DNA of 64,000 bases from Tubulanus polymorphus (GCF_964204645.1 NC_134027.1:25692560-25756559); one strand, 5' to 3'. Counted from the stretch's first letter, positions 26,958 through 38,877 are shown. The notes: generated by a model from the sequence alone, not told the origin. Translations and numbers: made by a program.

Positions 26958-27185
26958 GTTAGTAGCATTCATTAAATGAGGGCTTTATCTCAGAGATGCA
27001 AGTTTCTTGACAGATAACTCGGGCCAGTTGCTCAAAAGTTAGTTAAAGATAGCCGGGGGTTAATTATCGTCAACTATACCACTGGTTAACTTGAAACCGA
27101 TTTTTGATTAAGTGGCCCCTGAAATTTTGTGTAAACGATCTTAGATTGAAATTGTTAACCTTGTGGCAATATTCATCATCTGCAG

Positions 27186-27368
27186 GTTGTAACCACAATT
27201 CCAACTAATAAACTTCCTCGTATGCTGAGTTGGGGCTCCGCGACTGAAGAAGAAATTGAAGCTCTCGAAGATAAACTAGCAGCCCCCGATGCAGACCAGG
27301 ATCAAGATGCAGACGGACGACGTGGTCAGATATTATGGGTTCGAGGTTTAACTCGTTTACAGCATCAG
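27186..27368 (+). CDS. ATP2B: PMCA exon ending in the first half of the calmodulin-binding domain (RRGQILWVRGLTRLQHQ; splice site C)
   Basis: CaM-binding motif; CAG|gtaagt donor. Confidence 0.97.
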
Positions 27369-27609
27369 GTAAGTGTGGAACGGCCTGTAGTAATGTCGCC
27401 GTCGTTGTCGTCGCTTCGTTCGTGGTTTTTTTACTTTCGTCGTAAATTAAAACAAGCCGAGCTTTCACGACTTATGCGACGAGAGACACCTACCAGCGAT
27501 CCTACGTACTACAGGGCTCTTAACGAGTCACCTATGAGGTTTATACTAGGATAGCCTCATACTAGGATCCTGGGTTAGGCTTCCCTACAGGGCTCTATTT
27601 AGGCTGCTA

Positions 27610-27751
27610 CAGTAGAACCTCGTTATAACAAACTTTCAGAGACCATCTGTTCGTTATAACCGATAGTCCTTTATTAGAAATTTGGGACAAAATTGTAGGT
27701 TTGTAATAACTGATGGTTTGTATCTGAGTTGGTTATAACGAGGTTCCAGTG
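27610..27751. mobile_element. Tc1/mariner (pogo/Tigger-like) MITE
   Basis: ta|cagtagaacctcgttataac ... gttataacgaggttccagtg. Another CAGT-ended element lies at 37270-37439. Confidence 0.7.
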
Positions 27752-29313
27752 TGCTAGGCTCCTACTAGGTTCCTACAGTGCTCCTGATAGGTTCCTATAG
27801 TGCCCCTACAGGGTTCCTGAATTCAGATGGTTGATGTTGTAAGTATTTGTTGTGTTTTTACTGTATTCTTGCGGATGCGAGACCCCCTGATATCAACCTT
27901 CAATAAACTTAGTAGATTAGTATAGGGGGATTTAATTTTTCCCATGGCAATCTGGACTATCTTTTTCAACTTTCTGATTTCATGGGAACAGATGCTCATA
28001 GAGGGTTTAGGTTTATCAGGGATCCAGTTCCACTATTTTACTTGATTCTAAATTTTTCATTATTCAAATCAAAATTCCTGAAAAAATCGAAAAATTAGGG
28101 TTGATTTCGATTTTTCTGGGCTATGTTGTTTAATTACTCATTCTAAAATTGATAGTGAGGATTTGAGCCTTGGGGAGGGGGGTTATTTTCCGGAAAGGGT
28201 CTCGTCCCTGGAAGGATACAGTAAGAGGATATGGCTAGAAATTTGATCTATAGTTTTCAATTCAATTCTTAAATTACTCGCAACATTTTCTCAAAACGAA
28301 ATATTAAAACAACGCTCTAAGCTTTTCGAATATAACGGCAGAAATATACACGATTTATTGCGTAGAAAGATATTATCGGTTATCGGTGCCGTTTCTTAAT
28401 GCTTTCTCAAAATAAAAGTCGTTTTTTTTTTTCGAAATAAAGAACATGACTGAAAAAATTGTTGACTATCGTTTGAATATAATTGTTGTAATCATCGATA
28501 TTGTGTCGCCATTCTTTATAATCAGATGTTTTTTTTTCAAATTTCGGCAAAATTTCATCCTCCTTAACCCTTTCCTGACTGACCTTTCGACTTCATTACT
28601 GTGGGGCTGTATTGAGGTGTTCAATGTGGCCTGACTGACCCTTTAATTAAATCAAAAATTTTCCTGAGTATACTTGAAAATGGCCAGAAAGGGTTAAGTT
28701 TGCTGATTTTTTTTGAAGAAGTCGACTTATAACTCGAGTTTAGTCCGTGTTTTCTGAGGCTATCGATATAAGAGTATGGAAAAAAATATTTCTTCGAAGA
28801 AAACGAAATTCTTCTTTCGCAGGTGTTGGAACTGAATTCGATGTTGTATTTTACGCTGTGATTATAACATTGAGAAAAAAAAACCGAATTCATTCTCTAA
28901 TTTCTAACAACTTTTTCTCTCCCCTATTTCTAACTCCGGTGTTGGAATTTGTTAAACGATTTTCTCTCTAACTCGCATGCGGTATTATATCAATTTGATT
29001 TCGTATTTTCGAAACCTTCCTTTCTAACGACAACTCCCAGCGGCGATTCCAAGCCTCAAACGACTAGGTTTACTAAACTACGTTATTTTCTGCTATTTCT
29101 ACTATTAAATCACTCAGAATTATTATCATTATCATTATTACTATTATTATAATTATGATTAATATTAATTTATTTAGTTGGCACACATGCAGCGACGTTT
29201 TGATTATCGAGTTTATTTTCGCGTGCACCCGACAAACGCACACGCTATCGTTTATTTATTTATTTTTTCTCTCAAACTAACCAACAGCGCTTTGTGTTTT
29301 ATTGTGCCAACAG

Positions 29314-29682
29314 TTACGAGTGGTGCGAGCGTTTAAGAGCACGTTGGAGGACCTTGAAGAACGACGTAGCGTGCACAGTTTCCACAGCCTGCATAGTATC
29401 CGCAGTTCGCGTAGTCAAAGCCACAAACCTCTATTCGAGGACGTCAACTCGGCGACCGTGACGCCGACTGACCCCCCTCTGAACAGCACGGCCGCGTCGT
29501 ACTTGCTAAACCAGGACCGACGGTCGAAAAACAAGAGCCACTCGGTCGATAACGTGGCCCTGATATTGGACAGCTCCGGTACGAGCCGGTCGGTGTTCAT
29601 ACCCGTCCCGAAGCTAATCGGAGTTGGCGTTGGTGGCGGCGGCGGTGGCAGCGACGCCAAAATTCACGAGACGACCTTGTAA
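29314..29682 (+). CDS. ATP2B: PMCA alternative terminal exon 1 (LRVVRAFKSTLEDLEERR...IHETTL*)
   Basis: Phase-0 aacag acceptor, second half of the CaM-binding domain, class I PDZ ligand ETTL. Confidence 0.92.
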   Translation, partial: LRVVRAFKSTLEDLEERRSVHSFHSLHSIRSSRSQSHKPLFEDVNSATVTPTDPPLNSTAASYLLNQDRRSKNKSHSVDNVALILDSSGTSRSVFIPVPKLIGVGVGGGGGGSDAKIHETTL

Positions 29683-31827
29683 AATATTTTGATCGAAGGC
29701 TACTTCTCATTTTACCCCCCACCCCTCGCTCTCTCTCTCTCATATAGACTATTGATATCTAGATATGGTTAATATTTGCGTGTGTGTGCATGTGATTTGA
29801 ATTATGTTTTTAACGCGATGAGTTTGTATTGAAGACGAAGTTGTGGTTTTATTATTAAGTTTCACGAGGAGGACCTTGTCGTGCTGTACCAGCTATCCCC
29901 ATATATGGCACGCGTATCAATAGAATTTGAATTAGACTTCGATAGAATTCATTTAATCGAATCTGAAAAGAAAGACGGCATCATTGTCCAAAAGCGACAC
30001 CTGGTGGTTCTTCACTTGTCACATTAGTTTATGTCCTACTAGACACTAGCGACACCTAGTGGATTCTCAATTGCCATTAAGAGAATGGTTCATGTCCTAC
30101 TTAACACCAGCAACGCCTGGTGGATCCTCACTTGCCACAGGGGGAATCCTCTATTGCAGCATATTTGAGATTTTATTGCACATTAGTGACACCTAGTGGA
30201 TCCTTACTAGCCACAGTCAAACCTAGCATCCCCATGACAATAAGAATAATCAATCATTAATGAAAACTATACCAAACACATTGAAATGATTTGATGTATA
30301 TTTGTAAATTCTGTGACGATGTATGGAGGAGCCTAAATGAACTAATTTTTACTACGTGCTCGTCACGCCATCTGGTGGGATAGCTGGTGTCGCGGTTTTA
30401 ACCACTGCGAAAACTGCAGTTTAGAAACAAGATATACGTCAATTGCGGGCACCTTATCTAATCTATGAACTGATGATGATGAAATATAGTGGTTCCGTCG
30501 CGAATAAGACAAATATTGACAAAAAAAGCAACTCGTCGAAGCACTGAAAAATTGTAAATACGTTTCGATCACTTTAAAATGAGACTAGAGTCTCTCTCGA
30601 TTGAAAGTCGTTTGATTATCATTTTATTTTATTTTATATATGAATATATAGATATATATGAATATATATTTTTTATACGTACTAAGAATAATATAAATGC
30701 CTCTTAGATTCATCTACCACTGGCATGTGAGTGTAAAGATCAATTCAATGTTTTATTGTGTACGCGATTAATTGAATAATTGATTACTATTGATAACTAA
30801 TTGATTGTTGTTTTTGAAATTAGTTCGTGTTGGAGTAGAATTAGTAATTAAGATCTGGATATTGTAAATAATAGTAGTACGATAATACGCCGGTAGATGG
30901 CGTGCGTGTTGTTTTCCGCGCGATATTGATGGATTTTGCCGCCGCCTCTTAAAACGGTTGCTGCTCATTGACTGCGATTGTGTTCTTCAATTCATCGTTC
31001 ACCTCGGTCACATTCTTCCTTTCATCATCCCCATCCTTATCATCACTGTCGTCATCGTCGTTATCCTTATCGTTCCTGCGTCTGCCCGATCGTTCGTACA
31101 TCGCTACCGTGCATGTTTACGTCTGTCACAAATGAAAACTCTCCGCCGATATTTTGCGCATGTTCAAAAACTGTTACAAAGAATCCTCGGTCGAACACTG
31201 CATTTCACAGTTGCTTAGGTTTAATTTGGTTTCATTCGACTCTGGACCCAGTTCCACAGTTAGACCTGACTACCACTACCACTATTAGTAGTAGCTCAAT
31301 TACTCCATTGGAACATTGAAATATGCTCAAAATCAGAATAATTTCTAGTTCATTTTCAATTAGACTTAATTTTAGATGTACAAAACGATGGTTGACACCA
31401 AAGTAGTCAGGTTTGCAAATTGCGTGGGTCTTATTTGACTCTAGACCCAGAACTGGGTCGAGGAAATGATGTCATTATCAATAATTTGATGACCTTATAG
31501 AGTCGCATTTGACCTCGGAAGAGTAAAATGTAAATAACCTGCGACTGTGAAACCTTGTCGGGGTCGCGTTGATCGTTCCATATTCTATTTACAGTCCGAA
31601 AAAAAATCACGAATTGCATTATCGCATTTTGAAAACTGTTTGCACACAAAAACACAAACCGTCTGTTGCCTAGTCTCAACGTTCATGTTCTTTGTTTCGT
31701 TCTCCATATAGTCACGCGTAGCATCTGTCGATGCGGCCATTTTGTTTTTGTTTTTTCATTTAATTTTTATTCGGTTTTCCGCGTCCATGTCTGACCATGT
31801 AGTTTTTGTTTTTTTCTCATATTTCAG

Positions 31828-31977
31828 ATTCGTGTAGTCAATGCTTTTCGCATGGGTTTAGATTCGCGTTACGACCTTGACAAACGTAGCCTAGCCTCCA
31901 TACAATCACTACAAAACATAAGCCGAATGTCCAAAAAGCCTAATTATCCCGAAAACATGGCAGAAACCGCGATTTGA
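31828..31977 (+). CDS. ATP2B: PMCA alternative terminal exon 2 (IRVVNAFRMGLDSRYDLDKRSLASIQSLQNISRMSKKPNYPENMAETAI*)
   Basis: Strong tttcag acceptor, canonical IRVVNAFR, PDZ ligand ETAI. Not in the ORF track. Confidence 0.92.
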   Translation: MRVVNAFRMGLDSRYDLDKRSLASIQSLQNISRMSKKPNYPENMAETAI

Positions 31978-34900
31978 CCTCCTTAATGACTAGCGATTCG
32001 CATCAAAACCGCTGTTAGGCTTAAAATGACCCTCATTTCAGCGTACAAAGAAGACAGTATTACCGCTATGTTCCTTCACTTGTCACTTGTAGTTCTTTTC
32101 TTTATACAGAGAAATAATGAATTGTTACGACTAGCGAAAAAACACTTAAGGCTTTTCTAAAAAGATCTAAAAAAAAGTCTATATTTTTTAGCTGGCTGCA
32201 TGTGTTCGAAATCTTGCTTAATCAGTTTCGTTTCGAATCAGTTCTTAAAAAATCTAGGCCAAGTTGTGCAGACGTTGCTTGTAATCTTAAATTGTTAGAT
32301 CGGTTTTTGAGCTGAATTGGTCTTAGACTGGTCTTAGATGGAAGCCATGCGGTGACTGTGCAACTGGCCCCTGATCGCTAGCGCTTTTTAAGTTGCCGCT
32401 GGAATTTTGCTCGGCATGCTGCTCATACGAAACGTGGACCTGGTTTTACGGTTTGCAGAGGTTTTTTACAGTTTTTTCGATTAAAATCAGAGTTAAAGCT
32501 AGTTTTAGGAAAATCGAAATCTAATTCTAACCCACGAAACTGTAGAACTGGTTTGTGGTTAGTGAAAGGGTGGACCAAAGTATGAGTCCTGTCGATGATG
32601 ATTTAGGTGAAAACGAAATCATTAGTGTCGCGTCTTGTTGAGCAGGATTTTCAACACGTGCAGTTCGCTATAAAGTTAATCTTGTTTTTCTTGGATCCAC
32701 GAGACCGGAGTAGGACGAATCAGAGTTCAGGATCCAGTTCCACAGTAGTAAGTAAGAGTTAACTCCAATTAAAAATTAATTAAATTTCAATGGGGTAACT
32801 CTGAATCTCGAAATATTTCGAAATCAAAGATTTGAGTTAGACAAGGTTTACCTATCGAGGTTCAGCTACTAGTTCATAACGCGTTCATAATGCAATAACA
32901 CATTGGTGACTGGGTTTTTTACTCGAAAGAAGAAAGATATTTTGAAGTCGAGCTAATGTGACGTAGTTCCTAATAATAACGAACTGTATTAATCATTAGA
33001 TGAATTACTTTATAATGCCAGTGGAGAGTAAAATATAATTTGTTTTTTCTCGAAGACAAGTCCTATGTGCGCGTGTTGGGGGTTGAATCGGACAAACGTT
33101 CATTTCAATTTTTCCTTAGCTCTTGATCTACCGATGTTATACACAAAAAAAACACCCAAAAACATGTTGTTGGTGAGAGTTTTCTTTAGGGGATATATAT
33201 TCAAATTTACTATGTTTGATTAGAAAGAAATTAGTTTGCTATTTAAGGAATTTTTTGAAGTTGCTCTGAAGAAAATTGTCATCCTTTCTCTGGTTTTTTG
33301 TCTATGCATGTCTTGGCTGTTTGTACATAGAATACGGGGGTCTTTTTAAGATTTACGTTACCAGTGGATCAGAACTCTTTGAATTGTGGCATCAAAGCCA
33401 CTCCAAGATCTATAAGTTATAAAAGAATATGAGAAATAATTTGAAAAAAGCAAACCGGGACCTCATTCGAACCCCGTGGGGCTAGGTGATGATCCTGATC
33501 AGAAACGAATCTTAGATTTCCAAAGTGATTTGGATTCTTAAACATGAAGAATCTTACAGAGACCTCGCTCAAAATTACAGAACCGATTGTAGATAGATGT
33601 ACAAAATCATGTGTTTGTTAGAGCATGTTACTTTAGTTTTGTATTTGATAAAAGTTTTCAGAATATTCTATTTTGGAGTAGAAGTCAAAGAGCCAGTACA
33701 GACTAAATAAGTGCTTTCAATTCTGATTGGTTAATTATGCGAGCTATGGACCAATCACAGTGGCTTTTACATTTGTACATAATTCCGGTTTGAAATACGT
33801 ACTCGTTGATTGGTTACTTCATATATCTTATGCATCGCATTGACATTTAGAAGCCTTAAACTTCTGATCCGAAATAGAAATTCTGATTACCTATATCCTT
33901 ATATGGAAATGTCACAGACTATGCGACATCTGAGAAGAAATTTTAGTTTCATATTTCTGGTGCTTGCTGTAGATACTGTCGTTATTCACTGTACATTTGT
34001 AGATAAGAAAGAATTGTTCCCTGAACCCTTATGATGATTATTATTGCGGTATGCCTGTTTGTTCCTTTCGATATTAATCTGAATTCTTGGAAATCCATTA
34101 TTTAGTTGACTACGAATCATTTGGATGATGTTTTGATATTGGAATCGTGTTGGAACGAGATATCCGATAATTCCTTCGTTTAACGCACAGTTCGGCGCAA
34201 TTCAAATTCTCCGCGCAAAAGTTGATAATAATCATCGCGGTTTTATTTCATTATCCATCTTTAAAACCTAGACACTGCCATTTTCATTGGTCGATATTAT
34301 ACTGTTGAGATTCAGGAGTGGATCTGGAGGGACTTCAATCGAGATTTTTCAGGAAAAAGCTCCTGCTCTAGGATATCTGTCACGAAGTATTGAGGGAAAT
34401 ATTTTCCAGAGAAATTTCATTGAGAGTTTCCCCGAGATCTGCGCCCGTAGTTTCGACGCTATTTCAAACTTCCTCAAATCGCTCGTCTGTCTCCGTACTT
34501 TCTTCAAACTCTGCACTATGCGAAGAATTTGATTGGAGACGGATTTGTTTTGGAAGTGTTGTCACAACCATTTGTTTCCTCGATATTATTTTGTTAGCAG
34601 CACGATGAACTCCTCACCTTTGTTTAGATGATTATATTTTTGCATGATGTTTTGTTCGTTTTTACACAAACCGGGAATGCTCGTTAAGTCCGCTCGTAAT
34701 TGCAACTCATGCTCCTCCAGGTCACGGTAGTATTTCTATATTTGACTACTCCTTAAGTTACTTCTAACCTTACCGCAAAAATGTCTTGGATGTTGAAAGA
34801 AACTTGGTCAGTTGCTTTCGAATTCATGGATTTAAACTTTATTTCGACTTTACGGCATCAAACTTGAGTGATACAAAGTTTAGATTTATGCTAAGCAGTC

Positions 34901-36100
34901 AAACTCATCATAGTTGAGGTGATCATCAAATTGATGACTTACCCCCCCCCCCCCCCTGTTTGTAGATGATGAATTATCATAGATAGTGCATTGAATCGGA
35001 AATACAAATTGTAAGTCAAAAATAGAGACAACTTCAGCGTTGTGATGACTTATCCGAATGATGAATTACGCTCAGTAGATTGGATTATGCAAATTGCAGA
35101 GAAAAAGTCTTAATTTATGCAATGACTTATCCAATGGACTTCAGTTTATGCCAATCACACCAAACCTGCGATGTAAGTCAGCAGCTGGTCGGCCGTAAAT
35201 TATTTGAGTTGCAAATCTAGCGAATTTAAGCATACCCATCCGAGGTTTACTATATATAGCATAAGAGATCTCTTCATCTCAATTGTACTCGTGTAACGCC
35301 GCCTAGTGGGGCGACGCTGAACTAAAATTGTTCGCTAATCATTGAAGACCTCGATTGTAGTCAGTTGAGCGTGAATGCTAGGGTTTCGAAGTCAATCGAG
35401 ACGGAATCGGATTGATATTTCATATAATCAGCAACAGAGTTTTTTTTTCGAATCGCTTTTAATTTTTTGCAAATCGATTTTTTATTTTTTTCGTTTCCGG
35501 CGGCTACGAAATCGTTGTTGTCGACGAAAAGAAAAGCGTGGTTTTCAAATGAAAACTCAAACACTCAAAAAAATACAATAGAAAAATAGACAGAAGTAAA
35601 ATAGATTGTATAAATATATGAATAGTAATAATATTCTGTATATTAAGTGCTTTGTGTATATGCATACAATACTTATGATAATTAGATTTGAATAAATATT
35701 ATTATTATTATTAATATTATTATTAATATTGATATTAGATATGAGAGATATATTACATTATTATTATTATTATTATTATTATACATCGGTTTCTAGTGGT
35801 AGCCGTTTTTGCCATCTTGGAAAAAAGTTCGAAAAAAGATCGGGGATAGTTGAAAAAATACCAAACCAACAATACCCATAAACAGAAAATTCTTAAAGAC
35901 TTTAAAAGGTCTTTATGATTTTTTGCTTGAAACGATTTGTAGAAATAAAAGAGAAAAAGAGTGAAAGAGTTTGTGTAAATTTCATCGTAAATTTTTTTGG
36001 TTCGATTATGTTTTGTTATTATTACTCGAAATGAATGGTTTTTATTGAAACGAATAAAACTTTTTAACATCTTCAAAAACAAAAAAAACAAAACAAAAAG

Positions 36101-36244
36101 ATATTATCGTCGTTTTTACGAATGGCGCGGATTCGTTCGGCGTTCCGCCGGGGACGAGACGACCGGACTATCGCCGCGATGACTCTCTACAGACTGACGA
36201 ACATGGATCCGAATTCGGTGGCATTCCCGTCCTGCCTTTTATGA
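36101..36244 (+). CDS. ATP2B: Candidate divergent PMCA terminal exon (ILSSFLRMARIRSAFRRGRDDRTIAAMTLYRLTNMDPNSVAFPSCLL*)
   Basis: First AG after an ~130-nt AG-free zone. Phase-0 frame contains AFRxGxDxR as in exons 2 and 3. GC-rich island, but the acceptor is A-rich and weak. Confidence 0.45.
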   Translation: MLSSFLRMARIRSAFRRGRDDRTIAAMTLYRLTNMDPNSVAFPSCLL

Positions 36245-36370
36245 CATTCTTTACCAGACGACCGAAGCCTTCAGTTCCCAGTGCTTCTAGTGTTTATTTT
36301 CTGTATCACGTGCTTTTCGTGTTTTTGTTTTGGCGGTCGTAGTCGTCGTGCATTTCTGTTAGTATTGTAG

Positions 36371-36433
36371 CAACCACTACTCACCACTCCTACTACGGAC
36401 CTTGCATCACCTTCTGGACACTCCGGGTATGAG
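36371..36433 (+). CDS. ATP2B: Candidate 63-nt phase 0-0 cassette exon (QPLLTTPTTDLASPSGHSGYE)
   Basis: ttgtag acceptor and GAG|gtagat donor; open, S/T/P-rich and frame-preserving. Confidence 0.4.
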
Positions 36434-37774
36434 GTAGATTAGTTTTTTATTTCTTCTTCAGTTTTATTTATTTCATAACTAGAAATTGCATGTTCGTATT
36501 ATTTCGTATCGTTTTTAAGTTCGAAATAGCCTTGAATTTTAGCGTCGTTATTAGTAACGGCCTATATTCTCTCTCCGTCTGCCAATGTTTCGATAGACGA
36601 TACACGCATTGTGATGACATCATACACGCGCACATTCACCGTTTCCGACACTCGTGAGAAAGTTTCCGCTTTCGATGATGAGTTACGGAGACGAACCCCC
36701 TGCTGGTAATAAAAAGTCGAACTGCATTGTCTCCGTGTTGGCTTTCTTAGTATATTCTTCTTAGAAAATATAGCCTGCTTTTGTAAAGTAAATAGCGTCA
36801 TTGAAACCGATGACGCGTAAGATGTTACCGATAGAACTAATTTAGTTATTAACTATAGTTTGCTTTTCTTGTATCACGTGCCGAGAAAACGTCGCATATT
36901 ATTATGAGCTTGGCTTCTTGAACATATACGACAAATTTGTCATGCGTGCTCGCCGTAATTACCAAATATGGAATGATTACCGTGCATAAATTTGCATACA
37001 TAATTAACCCTTGAATACGATATATTTTTATATACAGGCTATAGATTATTTGAAAGAAGAATTACTAACTGAAACTGTCGAGATTTTCGTGTTGATATGA
37101 ATTGATTCATTCATCCGTCGAGCGCCGAGATGCCACCAACTGATTTCTTGCATTAAATTCTCAGAACCTGAGTTCTACAGTTCAACTCCGGGTCGAAATC
37201 GTTTTATTTTCAATAGCTTTTAACTCTTTCCAGTTCTTGTGATTTTAGATTCGATTTGAGAGTCAACTGCAGTAAAAGTCCTTAATAATGCCACCGAATG
37301 GGACCAATGAAAAAACATGGCATTAAAACAAATTTAGCGTTATAAAGAATGACATTTTCATTGAATTTGAGTCACATTGAGCAAATTTGTTCTCGAAAAA
37401 AAATGTTGGAAAAGATGGCATTATAACGGACTTTGACTGTAATTAGAATTGAACAAATTTTAAGTCTTGAGGGTCAAATTTGAACTGGATCTGGAAGCTA
37501 GTTTGCACTGTTTCGAGTTAAGAGTTAAAGCAATCAATCGAAAATGAATGAATGAAACTGTTTAGGAGTGAATTTAAACTCACAAATGTAGCACTGGGGC
37601 CATTAACTCAAAAGTTGGTTAGGTTAAGTCTTAACCAACTTCTGAGCAACTGCCTGATGGGTGCTGATATTTAGAAGATAAATCGTGGCTGGCGTCTCGA
37701 CTCGCGTGATGGACTCTCAGTTCGTTGTGTATTTCTAGTACCTGTGATGATTTTATGTTTTCTCTTGTTTTCAG

Positions 37775-37951
37775 ATTTGTGTTGTAAATGCTTTCCGCAC
37801 GGGCTTAGATACACGATATGACGGTCTTGACAAACGAATGAGTCTCTCTTCGGACCACTCACTTCAAAATCTCAGCCGACTTATGTACAAAAAGCCCTCG
37901 GCAATGCCTGAACATCCCGAAAACTCCAGCAATGTAGAAACCGCACTATGA
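37775..37951 (+). CDS. ATP2B: PMCA alternative terminal exon 3 (ICVVNAFRTGLDTRYDGLDKRMSLSSDHSLQNLSRLMYKKPSAMPEHPENSSNVETAL*)
   Basis: Strong tttcag acceptor; paralogous to exon 31828-31977; PDZ ligand ETAL. Not in the ORF track. Confidence 0.9.
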   Translation: MCVVNAFRTGLDTRYDGLDKRMSLSSDHSLQNLSRLMYKKPSAMPEHPENSSNVETAL

Positions 37952-38556
37952 ACTACCCGCATGTGTATTTTATTGACTTGTAAATCCATGAGGGAACGCT
38001 TTGAGAAAAAAAAACCTTTTAAGTCGCGATGATCGCCGAACGCAAAAACTGTCTATATCAAAAATACCGACGCAACGGACGACTAGTAAGATTCGGTTTT
38101 CGAGTCCCGTTTGGAATTACCGTTTTTTTGACGCGGGTAGTTTTAGGGGCCGCGACAACAACAAAAAAAACCGAGACGCGCGGAAACGAAGAAGAGAATT
38201 TCTCTTTTTAGCCACAAGTTTTTATCACTCGATCATCGTCAATTTCATATGCGTGTATATTCTCTCGGTAAGCACACATATATATATATATATATATATT
38301 CGAAACCTTATCTATATCTAAACGCGAAGAGAAACAAGTTATCGGAAGTTTACGACCGATCGAGATGGCCGACGAATCGAGAACCGGAATGAATAGGAAC
38401 CTGCCATTAAATCGAGACGCGTTGTAAGATTTTTGGACTGTATATATATATATATTGTATATGTATGTATATGGCTAACATGGTGACCTATAGATAGCCT
38501 TGTTCAGTAGTGTTAATCGAGTTTTTGGCATCGTGTAAAAAAATGGAAATCGTTAA

Positions 38557-38877
38557 CCGCGATCACACACGAGTCTTGTAGATCCGAACCAGATTTGGCT
38601 TGTAGCACATAGGGCCGAGTCTAATGTTCACAGCGGTGCTAGATGGGTCCGTGCCTGTTTGACATTTGGCCCGACCTTAACGTCAGACGAGGAGGCCTGT
38701 GCCCAATTTTAGCACAAGTCAAATTATCCCAACTGGTTGTGGAAGTGACTCACCTCACTTGCCGCAGCATCATTTTGATAGCATAAGTGGTTTACGTGTA
38801 ATCGCGCTCTCTAATTAAGCACGGGCCAAATTTGACTGGGGTCTGGTCCGGGCCAAATCGTCTGCGTGTGATCGCGG
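38557..38877. mobile_element. MITE (ccgcgatcacac TIR), second copy near 61335-61590
   Basis: TIRs plus the shared internal sequence gactcacctcacttgcc.cagcatcattttgatagcat. Confidence 0.75.

Noticed and set aside
34310-34393. Possible terminal exon (IQ)EWIWRDFNRDFSGKSSCSRISVTKY*
   Set aside because: No pyrimidine tract and no similarity to the PMCA tails; too weak to call.
36233-36244. C-terminal SCLL as a CaaX prenylation motif
   Set aside because: Cys is followed by only two residues, so it is not CaaX.
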